A stretch of DNA of 64,000 nt, from NCBI RefSeq assembly GCF_001194135.2, contig NC_068990.1, positions 80,971,080-81,035,079 of the forward strand, in the 5' to 3' direction. The DNA is from Octopus bimaculoides (lineage: Eukaryota). Under the pieces are notes generated by a model that saw only the letters and a program-made list of their open reading frames with translations, was not told the DNA's origin and made no database searches. The translations under genes were made by a program, and so were the position numbers. Below are positions 13,221-26,290 of the stretch, piece by piece. The first letter of the stretch is position 1; each line of letters begins with the position of its first letter.

Positions 13221-13355
13221 AGGCGCATGTCTCAGTGGATAGAGCGCCGAGCTTACGACCGTGAGGTTTTGTTGATATTGTTGAAATGTCAACGAATGAA
13301 ACTTGGATCTTGGTTAGAAACCGGCTCTTTCTCTATTAGCAAGAAACCTTGAAAG
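13221..13355 (+). mobile_element. tRNA-derived SINE fragment (internally deleted)
   Basis: Head GGCGCATGTCTCAGTGGATAGAGCG..TTACGACCGTGAGGT resembles the family C head. The B-box region is missing. Confidence 0.55.
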
Positions 13356-13440
13356 AGTTACCAATAGTTTCATACTGTGGAGATGCTTTGTATGCAGTTT
13401 TTTTTAACGCACATAGTGTCTCCATGCAATCCTCGGTTCA

Positions 13441-14215
13441 TTGACCGCAAAGCTTAAATTTAAATACTATTATAAACCGCATTATACGCCTAACGAGCAA
13501 GTGTTTAAAAGCCTGATTTATAACATTAGTAATAGCACTTCCAATCTATCTTCTAAAGAAACTTTTGATAAGGCTTCCTTCTACTATAACAAGGCAGTAG
13601 TTAACAGTGTCTTCAAAGATAAGGCATACTACAGCTTTTCTAGTCATAAAATGAATAATAAAATACACCTAAGAAACCTAATAAAGTAAGTTGGTTCATC
13701 CCTTCTTCTCCCTAAATGTTAAAATTAATTGTAAGAGATTCTTGTCTGTGTTAGATAAGCATTTCTCAGAAAATCACAAATATAGGAATATTTTTAACAG
13801 ACGCTCAGTTAAATTATCATATAGCTGCTGCCCTAATATGAAGCGCATCATTGCCTGTAAATAGCACCAAGAACCCGTTCGCAGTTGCAACTGGTGTACA
13901 TGATAGACTCTGTCGTATCCGAGATAGAAATAATAGCAACGCCACTTGATAAACTAACGGAAAAGAATTATGTCAAAGGACGCTGTGCTAACCATCTATC
14001 TTCTCTTCGGCACATGAACAAAAGTAAACCACTAAGTTGACTAGTCATGTACGGGGCTAGAAAATTCATGCCATATGTTAACGACTCTAAAAAATGCGTA
14101 GTTGAAAGATCGCATGTCCTTGTTAGATATAAGAATTCCACTGCACTAATGAATTCCAGATCTGAAATTTCCAGCAAATGCATATATATGGACAAGTTTC
14201 CTTTGACGAATTAGA
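13441..14215 (+). mobile_element. Penelope-like element 3' coding relic (RT thumb, linker, GIY-YIG endonuclease region), with stops and frameshifts
   Basis: Translations YYYKPHYTPNEQVFKSLIYNISNSTSNLSSKETFDKASFYYNKA; WF.PFFSLNVKINCKRFLSVLDKHFSENHKYRNIFNRRSVKLSYSCCPNMKRII; MIDSVV..KGRCANHLSSLRH..PYVNDSKKC..LMNSRSEISSKCIYMDKFPLTN*. These follow the PLE RT-to-GIY-YIG motif order. Confidence 0.85.
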
Positions 14216-17200
14216 GAATATCGCTTTCTCCGGAGTGAGCAGCTGTATCGGTGATTTTAGACCCCTCCTGTTGATTCTACATTAACCAGCAAAGGGAACA
14301 TAACTCTAATTCTTTTTTTCTCCTTTCCTTTTTCATTTCTTTTACACTTCCACATTTTGTATACAAACCTTCTCGTTTTTTTTTCTCTCGTGATATATCT
14401 TGTTCTGTTGTCCTGATTTGTAACTCGTGTAAGTCATGTGCGCAGAACCAGAGATTACTTGGAGATATTAGGCACGTTATTAAAACTTGCCTAGAAAATA
14501 TCTCCAATCCATGAAAGTTTAAGTAACTCATAATTATATACTCTGTGCATTAAACAATATTTATCTCTCATCGGATGGAGGACTTCTTTTCTTGGTCTTA
14601 CCGTTAGCGGGAAAGCAAACCGTGTATGTGTGTGTATATATATATATATATATATGGAGGTATGTACATGGTATTGTTCTGCAATAATTTTGGACAGTAT
14701 AGATATTTAATTCACAACAGATGTCTCTGGAAGATTACTATTTTGAATTGGTTCAATCTCAGAAGCTTGTGGAGAAGAAAGATATATACAAAAGATTTGG
14801 AATTGAAATTGAGTGACAGAATCTCTGTAAGAATGCAATCTCCCTGTGAATTACGAAAATAATATGCGTGTCTGTTGTAAACTCAGTTTCACAGTTCACA
14901 TATATTAATGCAATAACATACGAGAAATATTGCGTAATTCACAATGTATTATATAAATTCTCTACTTTATATGAGAATACACATTTAGCATTGGTCTGTA
15001 AAAATATAAGGTTTCCAGATTTTAAAGAAGAGATATGAGTTGAATTGTTGAATTTGCATTGGATCATCTACCTATCTATGAATGTATCCATTATTATTGA
15101 ATTCAGATATTAAACCAATGTGAAGCAGTGAGGTAGCAAAATCGTAAGAGAATGAGAAAATGCAATGCGATATTTGTTGAAACCGCTGGCAATCACTTTT
15201 CTTTTAATCCATTCGGGGTCAATAAAATATAGTAGCACTCCAGTACTGGTGTCAATGGTATCAACTAGTCCCCTCAGAGCTACTGGTATAGTACCTAAAT
15301 TATAAGGTATTATTTCAAAGCAAGTTTGACATTGTGTCTTCACTCCGCGAGTAGACGCAAATTTATTGAAAAGTTAGAGCTTACTGGTTCTTTATTATAT
15401 ATATGTGTATAGGTGGATGTATAAGAAAGTGGAAATTATTAATGCGCATGTAAGGACGTTTATGTATACTGAATAAATAACTAAAAATAAGAAAAATACA
15501 AATAGTTTTAAAAAAAGGAAGCGAAAGATCAAATTTTTCTGCGATTAATATACTTTACATCATCAGCTTCAAAGAATATAGTCATGAAGTTTACATCCAT
15601 GTAGATATAGGTAAAATTTCAACGTTTTCAATCGTTGAATATTTATACGCCTATTAAAATGAGGATGTTTTTTTTAAGAATTTACATTACAAATTCGAAC
15701 GACATGAGACATAGAGTTGGTGAAGCTTATGCTATAATAAACCATTTAATATCAAATGCAGTCATGCTTATTTTTAAAAAAATTATATGTATTTGAACAT
15801 GCTTGTCAGAAATCTTTCACCCTCTCGCTTGAATGGAAATGCTGATAAAAATTTATAGTTAATCAGTTAGAAAAAAAAAACACTTTAGAATAAACTAATG
15901 TCTAGTTATATATAAAGCAATAAACAAAAGCTTTCAGAACATAACTACTGTTGAGAGCAAATTTGCTTAGTGTTTACAATTATAGATAAGAGAAGGAACT
16001 GCTACTGATTTGGAAACTTCTCTGAATTTAAATGATTAAATGAGCAGGCAATTTTTACAGCAAAAATAGTTACATTCAGTGATTCATGATATCCTTGATT
16101 CATCGAGAAACACAAAGAAATTAAATTCTTTAGCAATATTTCTTCAGAAATTTAAACTGAAATTTGTATTATATAAAATTTTTGTTTAAACATATTTTAA
16201 AATATATTAATATATTTTTACACTTTGCAACACTTAGACGGAGAGTGCATATAGTATCTTGTTTGAAAAGTCAATATTGCGAAGCACTTCGTTATATAAT
16301 ATTTGAAACCCCAAGGAACAAGAGCGTGTCAAGGAAGAGGAAAGACTTTTATGAAACAAAAGTTTTCTAATACCGTGTATGTGACTGGGGTTCTTTCTAT
16401 ATAAATTAATTTTGCTTTAATTTGGGCAAAATTTACTTGTGTTTCACTATAAGATGATAATAAAGTATAAATTGCAATTATTTTGATATTAAATGTATAT
16501 CGTAAACCAATTTTGCGTGACCAAAGTATTTCTAAATTTAAACTTACATTTCTAAAACTTTTATACATCTGTCTAATTCATGCGATTAGGTTTGTATGTT
16601 GATTCAGTAAAGTCATCCTCACAAGGTAGGAAATCTCAAGATAATTTCCCTCATCCTTATCGTATGTCTCTATGGAAACATTCAAACAAGACTGAGGATG
16701 AATATTGTGCTAGTTGAATAATTTTTTAATATCAGATTACTGATAAATATATGTGTGTCGGAAATTCTATGACTTTAAAAATAGATTTAATTATATTCTA
16801 TAACGTCAAACTGAATCAATTTACAGTGTCTTTTAGTTGTTAATGCCGTTAATGTCATTCCATTCTTTCGAAAAAATCGTTTCATTAAGCGCGAAATATT
16901 TGTTTTCCTGGTATTCTAACTAATTGATGCTGACCGCTTAGTTCAATTTCGGTTTTTAGAGCTTAAATGAGTTTTAGGTCATTGTTGAAATTTCTTTCAT
17001 GATTTTAAATATATATATTTGGTATCTACATTCAACCTAATAGATGATCTCCATAATTTTTACATAACAATTAAATCTTTCTCTTCTGTTTTGTCCCCAA
17101 GAGGATCTTCCACTTTTGAGAATTATTATGGACGTTTGTAAGCTATTTCCCTTCAATTTATAGATTTTATTAAAAATACACATCTATATATGCTATTCTT

Positions 17201-17224
17201 ACATACATAAATACACATATACAT

Positions 17225-17273
<49 letters not shown>

Positions 17274-17394
17274 CATGTATATAGACATGTGTGTGTGTAT
17301 GTGTGTGCGTGTGTATGTATGAAAAAAAGAAAGAAAATCGAATTCACGAGTTTTTATCGATTCCGGATTTTACCAAAATGCAAGCAATTTCGGA

Positions 17395-17521
17395 TTAGGG
17401 GATAAATCAACTGCATCGACTCCAGTATACATATCGTACATATTCTATCAGCCCCGAGAGGATGAAAAGCAAAAAACGACCGCGGCGGAGGGGATGACGG
17501 ACGAAATGTTATCGAGCATTC
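17395..17521 (-). mobile_element. SINE family B fragment
   Basis: CCCCGAGAGGATGAAAAGCAAA..CGACCGCGGCGGA..GACGAAATG. Confidence 0.7.
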
Positions 17522-18441
17522 TAAATATATATGTATATATGTATATATGTATGTATATATATATATATATANNNNNNNNNNNNNNNNNNNNNNNNNNNNN
17601 NNNNNNNNNNNNNNNNNNNNNNNNNNNNNNNNNNNNNNNNNNNNNNNNNNNNNNNNNNNNNNNNNNNNNNNNNNNNNNNNNNNNNNNNNNNNNNNNNNNN
17701 NNNNNNNNNNNNNNNNNNNNNNNNNNNNNNNNNNNNNNNNNNNNNNNNNNNNNNNNNNNNNNNNNNNNNNNNNNNNNNNNNNNNNNNNNNNNNNNNNNNN
17801 NNNNNNNNNNNNNNNNNNNNNNNNNNNNNNNNNNNNNNNNNNNNNNNNNNNNNNNNNNNNNNNNNNNNNNNNNNNNNNNNNNNNNNNNNNNNNNNNNNNN
17901 NNNNNNNNNNNNNNNNNNNNNNNNNNNNNNNNNNNNNNNNNNNNNNNNNNNNNNNNNNNNNNNNNNNNNNNNNNNNNNNNNNNNNNNNNNNNNNNNNNNN
18001 NNNNNNNNNNNNNNNNNNNNNNNNNNNNNNNNNNNNNNNNNNNNNNNNNNNNNNNNNNNNNNNNNNNNNNNNNNNNNNNNNNNNNNNNNNNNNNNNNNNN
18101 NNNNNNNNNNNNNNNNNNNNNNNNNNNNNNNNNNNNNNNNNNNNNNNNNNNNNNNNNNNNNNNNNNNNNNNNNNNNNNNNNNNNNNNNNNNNNNNNNNNN
18201 NNNNNNNNNNNNNNNNNNNNNNNNNNNNNNNNNNNNNNNNNNNNNNNNNNNNNNNNNNNNNNNNNNNNNNNNNNNNNNNNNNNNNNNNNNNNNNNNNNNN
18301 NNNNNNNNNNNNNNNNNNNNNNNNNNNNNNNNNNNNNNNNNNNNNNNNNNNNNNNNNNNNNNNNNNNNNNNNNNNNNNNNNNNNNNNNNNNNNNNNNNNN
18401 NNNNNNNNNNNNNNNNNNNNNNNNNNNNNNNNNNNNNNNNN

Positions 18442-18492
<51 letters not shown>

Positions 18493-19825
18493 CAGTTTTG
18501 CTTTGATTGATCATTTTACCAAACGTATCGTTTGACTCAGATTTTCTGATGTTCTCTACACTTTCAGCTTTCAATCATCTTCAGATAAAGTCACTGAAAT
18601 TTTCTTCAAATTATTTCCGGCACTTGGCAAAAATAGAGAAAAGAGATAGTGAGAGGGAAGAAAATGGAATGGAAAGGCGTATCAGGGAAAATTATATAAA
18701 TAGAAAATAAAAAAATCTTAATTCATGTTTGGCACGTGACCAGCCTACTTTTGACCTGAGCAACAGTTAAAGTAGGTATTAATCGGTAACCTTTGCTCTG
18801 TTGTAGGATATTGCCAGTAACATTTTTCTAGGTATATCACTTCTTATTAGTCTCACTTGAACATCGAATGTGTAGTCTTGCCTCAAACTTAAGGTAAGAC
18901 AAAGATATTTAGATTTGAGACAGACGTAATGTAGCATTTGTATGGACTTGAAGTACACATGAAGGATATCTCTCCAGTGTGCTTTAGATAGCGTTTACAT
19001 TTATTTTTCGGTATACTCTTAATATAAATGGTCACTACACCTGATAAAACTTCATAAACAATACAGGTAAGATATGATAAAATGTGTATTATATGCCCTA
19101 TAATATATACTATATATTATACAATTAAGGTTGGCTTCTGCATTGAATTAAATGATCTAAGGACAGAATGCGAAAACGTCTTTGATAAATTATTGGTGCT
19201 TCTAACTCATGTTCAGGGCTTCCACAATTAAAAGCGAAAGGTAACATCAACCAGAAAGCACGTTATCCTCAAATGTGAAGCATAGCTCTATTGCTTGCAG
19301 CAGACTGTATTCGACTAAATTATGTAGATGTAGACTGATTGAAACCTATATTGTCGACATAAGGAGTAAAAACCAGATGTGTTGTTCGTACTGCGCTATG
19401 GAATATCAGTTCGTATTTTACTGTATATCATGGTATTTCCATTGCGTGTGGTTGCATCGTATGATGAATGATTCTTGCTGCATATATTTGTTAATTGATA
19501 TATTGTGCAAGAGGGGAGAAGATGCTTGTAATTAAGACATTTTAAGTACAAGAAAAACTGCAGTACAAGATTCCGAAGCTGCAGCGGTACACATGCCTGT
19601 ACATACATTTCGCAAAAATGGTAGGAAGTGCGTAAAGTTAAGACATGAATGGTAGAGAGTCAAGCTGTGTGGGACTGTGGTAAACAAGAATTGGACAGAA
19701 AGACTAAATCGAAAATAAAGATGAAAGGGGGAAGAAGTTAAAATGCCCCCAACAGTTTTCGTAAACACGATCAAATACTTGAGCTTTAAAGGTATATGAA
19801 GAGATCGCAGAGGATAAATAGTGTT

Positions 19826-19984
19826 GTGTCGATACCCCCAGGCGAAGAAGTAGGATCCCCCAAGACATATGAATAGAGCTAGTTTGGCCGTGGGAGTGTG
19901 TTGGGTAGCAGTCGAGTAGCAGTTGTGTAGCGGTTGAGTAGAGATCATCCGAAGGTGCTAGATAGCAGTAGCTTGAGACATAAC
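19826..19984 (-). repeat. Dispersed ~150-bp GC-rich repeat, homologous to 33369-33516
   Basis: The reverse complement aligns almost base-for-base (..GCTATCTAGCACCTTCGGATGATC.CTACTCAACCGCTACACAACTGCTACTCGACTGCTAC..GATCCTACTTCTTCGCCTGGGGG), with a short indel. Confidence 0.9.
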
Positions 19985-21845
19985 AAATAGTTTAAAGGAT
20001 TAACTTACAAGACAGTGTTGCCATCCTGGCAATATGCACCTGGAATTTTGCGGATTCATGCGGATTCCCAAGTCACGCACCGATTATACTGTATATTTGT
20101 ACAAAATTCTACATGCATTCTCAATTTGCTACGAGCAGTTGCTAATTTTTTTCTCGAATCACACTCCACACTCCATGTTGGATAAGATTGTTCTGGGTAT
20201 ACTAGGGATTGAAAATAGATGGAATAAATGAAATCATGAATGACTTCTTGCTCGACAATAACAACAAATTTTGAGGTAATATATGAATGCATATAGACAT
20301 GTAGGTATACAAAAGGTACGTATGTAAGGTAGACAAGGTATATATGCAAAACAAAGGCATTCTTGTCTTTACAACAATACTTATAACACCGCAATATGAT
20401 ATATGCGTATGCAAGAAAGAAGCGTTTATATGGTTGCTCGATTTGTTAGTAATATCAACCAAATCTGTATTAAAGCTCCACCTACCGCCCTGAGACATAA
20501 ACTAGACATTGCACTGTGTGACCCAAGGTATGTTGTTTCTGAAAAGGAGAAAGGGAATACCATTAATTATAGGTCACCTAGATAAGAATTGAAGTAACGG
20601 AAAACAGCTATGATAATCTATTGTTTTACTGGTGCAAAGACATTTTTCTTTCTGTTACTACGATGTGTATCTTAATGTATGTTGACAGTATAATCATATG
20701 TTCTATGTACATCAGTTATATGTCCCATGTAGGATATCTGCTTTGACTACGTTTAAATGTACCAATGTTAATGAATGTTAGTTTTCTATAATCGATTTCT
20801 TTCTTAATGTCACCACACGATTACTACTATCTATCGGCCGCATAATGTTTTGTAATATACCCCGAAAATATGTGTTGTCATTGCTAAATTTATATCAAAA
20901 AATAACCATCGTCGTTACATACAGTATATGCTTACACTAAATAAATACACTGTCTTCTGTTTAATTTCAGTGATGTATACTGTCCAATGAAATCGATGCA
21001 TAAACTTTATTAAGGAGAAACGACGCTATGAGTAAGAATGGCTTAGTTTCCTTGAAAAGCACGCGATCATTTTGGAGTTTGTTATCCAATACATCTGTTA
21101 CTGTATAAAGTAGACTCGTATGACATACCATATCGAAACAGAAGACGAAGTGTTTAATATTTAAATATGCTGTATACATATATAAGAGCATATCATTGTT
21201 AATCAGAGAAACATCTCATTAATGAATAAGGTGCCGATGAGTCCAGCAATTTCAGCATTTCGTACTCAAAGAAGTCTTTTATCCACCATTATTTATTATT
21301 GGAAAGGCTGTGTGAAAATTATACTTCAGTACACCAGCGAAAATTCCCAAGACATTGTGGTGCTTATTGTAGAATTATTCCTGAGATTATGTGGCAATTT
21401 ATTGATTAGCAGTAATATTTACCCAGCAGTCCCCAAAGCTACGCATACATGTTTGCCTTAGTGCTTACCAGAATTAAATATCCCTTTGAAAATATTATTT
21501 TCTGTGAGAACAGTTGTATTTTAGCACATACTGCTAAACATTGCCACACACTCCAGTCACTTGTCTTACTTGAACGTCATAAGATCATGAATGTACACTG
21601 TATAGCTGTGTATATACATGGAGCGCATGAACTTTCATAGACAAGTGAGCATGCGTGAGTGTGTGTACGATATCATTTATCAATATCTTTCAGAAACAGG
21701 AAGTCGTACATCTCTATCAGCCAGTGTTTTTCACTACATTTCAACCAAATTGCTCGCTTGTTTTCTGAAAATTTAATGATCCTGCACGTGTCTCAGTTTG
21801 ACTAAATATATACGCTTGTATATCTGTGTATATTTTTGTGCTGGG

Positions 21846-21905
<60 letters not shown>

Positions 21906-22121
21906 ATCTGTGGGTGCGTGTTTCTGTGGGTGTGAGACGCGATGGATGCAATGCAAACTGATCAGAAATGGTTCGGGTCTGCTCAGATACTTTCAGGTTA
22001 TTCAAGTGTATGTCAGAGAGTGAACGTGGATTGATTTTTAGTAACAATGTGAAAGCAAGGAGAGAGAACTAAACGCTTCATTCGATTCAATGATCCCAAA
22101 CAAAGACAGACAACAAAGACA

Positions 22122-22170
22122 GTCAAATGTAAATAATGTAAATAATTCCTCATCTCTTAAATATAGAACT
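22122..22170 (+). repeat. Isolated tail fragment of the hammerhead-bearing element (see 54944-55262)
   Basis: GTCAAATGTAAATAATGTAAATAATTCCTCATCTCTTAAATATAGAACT matches 55204-55261. Confidence 0.85.
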
Positions 22171-22182
22171 CAATTCAATTCT

Positions 22183-22393
22183 TCTTTTATTGTTTTACTT
22201 GTTTCAGTCATTTGACTGCGACCATGCTGAACCACCGCCTTTAGTCGAACAAATCAATCCTATAACTTATTCTTTGATAGCCTAGTATTTATTTTCTCGG
22301 TCACTTTTGCTGAACCGCTAAGATACGGGGACATAAACACGCTAACATCGGTTGTCAAACGATGGTGAGGGATGGACAAACACAGACACATAC

Positions 22394-22437
<44 letters not shown>

Positions 22438-22585
22438 GCCGGGCTTCTTTCAGTTTACCAAATGCACTCACAAGGCTTTGGTTGGCCCGAGACTATAGTA
22501 GAAGACACTTGCCCAAGGTGTCACACAGTGGGACTGAACCCGGAATCATGTGGTTGGTAAGCAAGCTTCTTACCACACAGCCATT
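22183..22585 (-). mobile_element. SINE family A, near full length
   Basis: tRNA-like head (TGGCTGTGTGGTAAG..CCGGGTTCAGTCCCAC), body GCACCTTGGGCAAGTGTCTTCTACTATAG-like, internal (TA)n, tail CAGTCAAATGACTGAAAC. Confidence 0.9.
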
Positions 22586-23992
22586 CTTCACCCCTAATTA
22601 TATTATCAAACAAAATAATACTTCGACAGTTTCCATCTCATAAAAAAAAAATAACCGCCAGATATGATTTGAGAGTGATTTTGTAGTACGTTTTGTAAAT
22701 TGATGATTCTGGATATCGTTCTACCATTATCATGTGGGGCAATGTATGAATCAAATATTTTTTTTTATCACTTGAACACGTTGAGAAATTTTACTGATAG
22801 TATTTTGTTCGTGAATGAGAATGTTATATTTTTTTGTTATCATTATACCATTTCTGAACCCATACATAACACAGTCCCGTGGGTAATTAGGAAACGTTAT
22901 ATATCTAGAAATGTGACACAAGTGAATGTAAAAAAGCTTCGTCAGTGACAAGTGTGTTAATACTAATGAGAAGTATATTTTCCATGGCCATATTTATCAT
23001 TGGATTATATTACTATGTGACAAAATCTCTAAAGGCTAGGCTTTAGAATTTGGTTTCCAAGAAGATCGGAACAGGAAACGTGTGATTGGCACAGTGCAGC
23101 TGAAATATGCTCTTGCAACTGTCAAAAAATATTCCAGAATTTCCGCTTCTAAACTAATAGCTGCTCATAAGAGAGAATAATGTTTCTCAATTATTTACTA
23201 ACTGTTGTCTTGCGATGATGAATGATAATACTTGCTAAGAATAGCATTTAGTTAGAACTCACATTCAGAGCAGTCTCGATATAGAAGAGAATAAAAAGAA
23301 GAAATGACAAATTTGTTTAAATCTTTATTTAGTAGAGCTGAATAGATCTGGAAATGTGATATATAATAACTCGAAACTTTGTGGAAATAATAAAGTATAT
23401 TTGTATAGCTCTTGAGTATTTTAAGTTAAAGATTTAATTATTTACTCTCAATTGCAAACTATCGACTAATTGCGATTAAAAATGTCTCGTAAGAGATTAA
23501 TACAGTCACTTTTCATTTTTAGATGTAAAAAACTACGAATTAAAATATATGCAATAGAATATTATTAGGTTAATAAATTCCTATGAAGATATTCATTTTC
23601 ATTTTATTCATCTTTTTTTTTCGATTTGCTTAGTTATGTGCAGGAGTTCATTATCGATTTGTGAAGATATCAATGCATAATTATGTTATAATTAATTCTT
23701 GGTTATGTCCAAAATCACCATTCAGTAAATGAATTATTACCAAAGTTATTAGAACGCAATGATGCCTTGGAAAATGTAGATGAAATAAACTGTTTTTCCT
23801 CCTATACAACATATGATGCTGTTTATATCTACATGTGTATATCAGCGTACATGTGTGTGAGCAATGAATATCTATGCATATATGCACACACATATATGTA
23901 TGTATGTGTGTATTATGTATTCATGTGTACACGCACGCACATTTATAGAAAGACAGATAGAATCACATGCATGCGTATAATATTGTGTCCAA

Positions 23993-24112
23993 ATTATTCC
24001 GAGGTCGACTGAATTCATCCTTATGGAGTCGATAAAATAAATTTCAGTTGAGCTCTACCGTACGTGTAATTGACTAAGCATATCACTCAAGATTTGAAGC
24101 TTTGTTTCTATA
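23993..24112 (+). mobile_element. SINE family B, diverged 3' fragment
   Basis: CCGAGGTCGAC..TTCATCCTTATGGAGTCGATAAAATAA. Confidence 0.6.
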
Positions 24113-24426
24113 GTACAAAAAATTATATGTATAGCTTCATTATACGGGCGTTATAAAATTAGATTTGGCCGGGATATAAAGTGTTGCCTGGCAGCTTCTT
24201 TACTGGTATCGAACTCACGGTTTTTGAGTCTCATCATAAGTAAAGTTTCCGATATAATTTTTTAAATTGCTTGAAAAAAATATTGAGCACCTACAGAGGA
24301 ACACTTATAGACATATGCATAAATAGAAACACACACACACACACATGACTGCAATTGATACTACTTTACATTTAAGAGACTATTTGCGTATGTTAATAAA
24401 TGAACAGATACTGTTGATTGTGCATA

Positions 24427-24568
24427 ACTGGTACTTAATTTATGGACCCCGAAAGGATGAAAGGCAATGTCGACCTCGGGGGAATTTGAACTCAGAACCT
24501 AATGGCAGACGAAATACCGCTAAGCATTTCGCCCGACGTGCTAACGTTTCTGCCAGCTCAGCGCCTTG
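24427..24568 (-). mobile_element. SINE family B, 5' two-thirds, well conserved
   Basis: CTGGTACTTAATTTAT.GACCCCGAAAGGATGAAAGGCAA.GTCGACCTCGG..GAATTTGAACTCAGAAC..GACGAAATACCGCTAAGCATTTCGCCCG..GCTAACG.TTCTGCCAGCTC. Confidence 0.9.
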
Positions 24569-24781
24569 ATGACGGTATATGTTAATACAGAACAGGAGGG
24601 GATAACCTACGTATATATTCCTATCAGTACATAATAAACATTGTAATATAATTATCTAAAGATTTAAATCGACTAATATATTTGGAATTAACGTTCTAGA
24701 GTTTAGTTGGGTTTTTTTAAATTTAAATTTAAACTAGCCCATGAGGGGTGGTTTTTTATTGCAATATCTTGGCTAATCTCC

Positions 24782-24967
24782 GATGATCGTATCTTTTGAA
24801 TTCATTATGGTACATATATTTTGTTTTGTAATTGCTTGGTTAATTTCAGATGTTTGTAGCTTTTGAATTCATTGATACATATATTTTGTTTTGAAATTGC
24901 TTGGTTAATTTCAAATGATCGTAGCTTTTGAATTCATTCATACATATATTTTGTTTTGAAATCGCTT
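24782..24967. repeat. Minisatellite, ~65-67 bp unit, about 2.8 copies
   Basis: Unit GATGATCGTAGCTTTTGAATTCATT.ATACATATATTTTGTTTTGAAATTGCTTGGTTAATTTCA starts at 24782, 24849 and 24914. Confidence 0.9.
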
Positions 24968-25266
24968 ATATCCAATCGCTTATATCGTAGGCTTTCAATT
25001 TAGTATGTAACATATCTGAAACCTTGCAGTATTTACTTGAGAACCTAATTATTCTGCTTCTTACATTTGATAGTATGTTGAATCCTAAATATGCATTCTT
25101 CCTCTACCCGGTTAGACAAAAATACTTGAGTAGATTCTAAACTCAAAGTTAAATCTGGAAAATTGCCTTTAATTTCTTATCAATAAAGTTGATAACAAAT
25201 ATGATCTGATAGTTGTCCATATGATTATTTATATATATTGCTGTGTGTATATGTATGTAATGCGTG

Positions 25267-25498
25267 AAGGTGCGTGGCTTAGTAGTTAGGGCATTCGGCT
25301 CACAATCGAAAGGTTGTGTTCTTAAGCAAGACACTTTATTTCACATTCCTCCAGTTTCACTCAGCTGGCAAAAATGAGTAGTACTTGTATTTCAAAGAGC
25401 CGGCCTTGTCACGCTCTGTGTCACGCCGAATCTCACGAGCAAGCCGGTCCGTTGATCGGATCAGCTGGGACCCTCGTCGTCGTAACCGAGGAAGTGCT
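25267..25498 (+). mobile_element. SINE family C (B-box region deleted)
   Basis: Head GGTGCGTGGCTTAGTAGTTAGGGCATTCGGCTCAC, body TTGTGT.CTT.AGCAAGACACTTTATTTCAC, 3' module TGTATTTCAAAG.GCCGGCCTTGTCAC. Collinear with 59366-59580. Confidence 0.9.
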
Positions 25499-25505
25499 CC
25501 TTTGT

Positions 25506-25651
25506 GGAGGCGCAATAGCTCAATGGTTAAGGCAGCGGACTTGCGGTCGTAGGATCGCGGTTTCGATTCCTAGACCTGGCGTTGTGAGTGGTTATTGAGC
25601 GAGAACACCTAAAGCTCCACGTGGCTCCAGCAAGAGTTGGTGGTGGCGAAC
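25506..25651 (+). mobile_element. SINE family D (tRNA-Arg-like head), 3'-truncated
   Basis: GGAGGCGCAATAGCTCAATGGTTAAGGCAGCGGAC..GGTTTCGATTCC with A- and B-boxes. Collinear with 43697-43939. Confidence 0.9.
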
Positions 25652-25970
25652 AGGAGAGACTAGAAAACTATAGTATGACCAGCAGCTGACCCCATTTCAC
25701 TACTGCTACAAGTGCACTAATCCAAGAATAATTATCTTCAAACTCTATCGATGTTTTGTCATTCGAAGTAACGCCTTTTCTTTTGTTGTTGTTTTTGAAA
25801 TGAATAAATATTTTGTGTATCAAAATTCTCAACAGATAACAGTGTTCATTGGCGTAAAACGCGCGCACGCACACACACACACACACACGCACACACACTC
25901 ACAAACACGCGCTCACACATATACATTTGTTGCGTGTTATGCCAACTTTATGTGTATAAATGTGCATTTG

Positions 25971-26117
25971 TATATAGGTATATATATCTCATATACATTC
26001 ACAAGTGAATGTACGTCACTTGTAACACTATGTCTATATGCACTGAAGAAGAATGTGTTTACTTATGCATATATGTCTGTGTTATTGTGTGTGTCTGTGA
26101 GTGAGATNNNNNNNNNN

Positions 26118-26150
<33 letters not shown>

Positions 26151-26290
26151 GTATATATAGGTATATATATCTCATATACATTCACAAGTGAATGTACGTC
26201 ACTTGTAACACTATGTCTATATGCACTGAAGAAGAATGTGTTTACTTATGCATATATGTCTGTGTTATTGTGTGTGTCTGTGAGTGAGAT
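25971..26290. other. Exact 137-bp duplication on either side of a 10-N gap (probable assembly artefact)
   Basis: 25971-26107 is identical to 26154-26290. Confidence 0.8.

Noticed and set aside
14721-14816. MSLEDYYFELVQSQKLVEKKDIYKRFGIEIE* after an acceptor-like CAACAG
   Set aside because: Protein-like but unassignable. An equally good acceptor exists on the opposite strand, and it does not join in phase with the upstream candidates.
25971-26290. 137-bp tandem duplication as a biological event
   Set aside because: The copies are identical and separated by a 10-N spacer, which is typical of overlapping contig ends.
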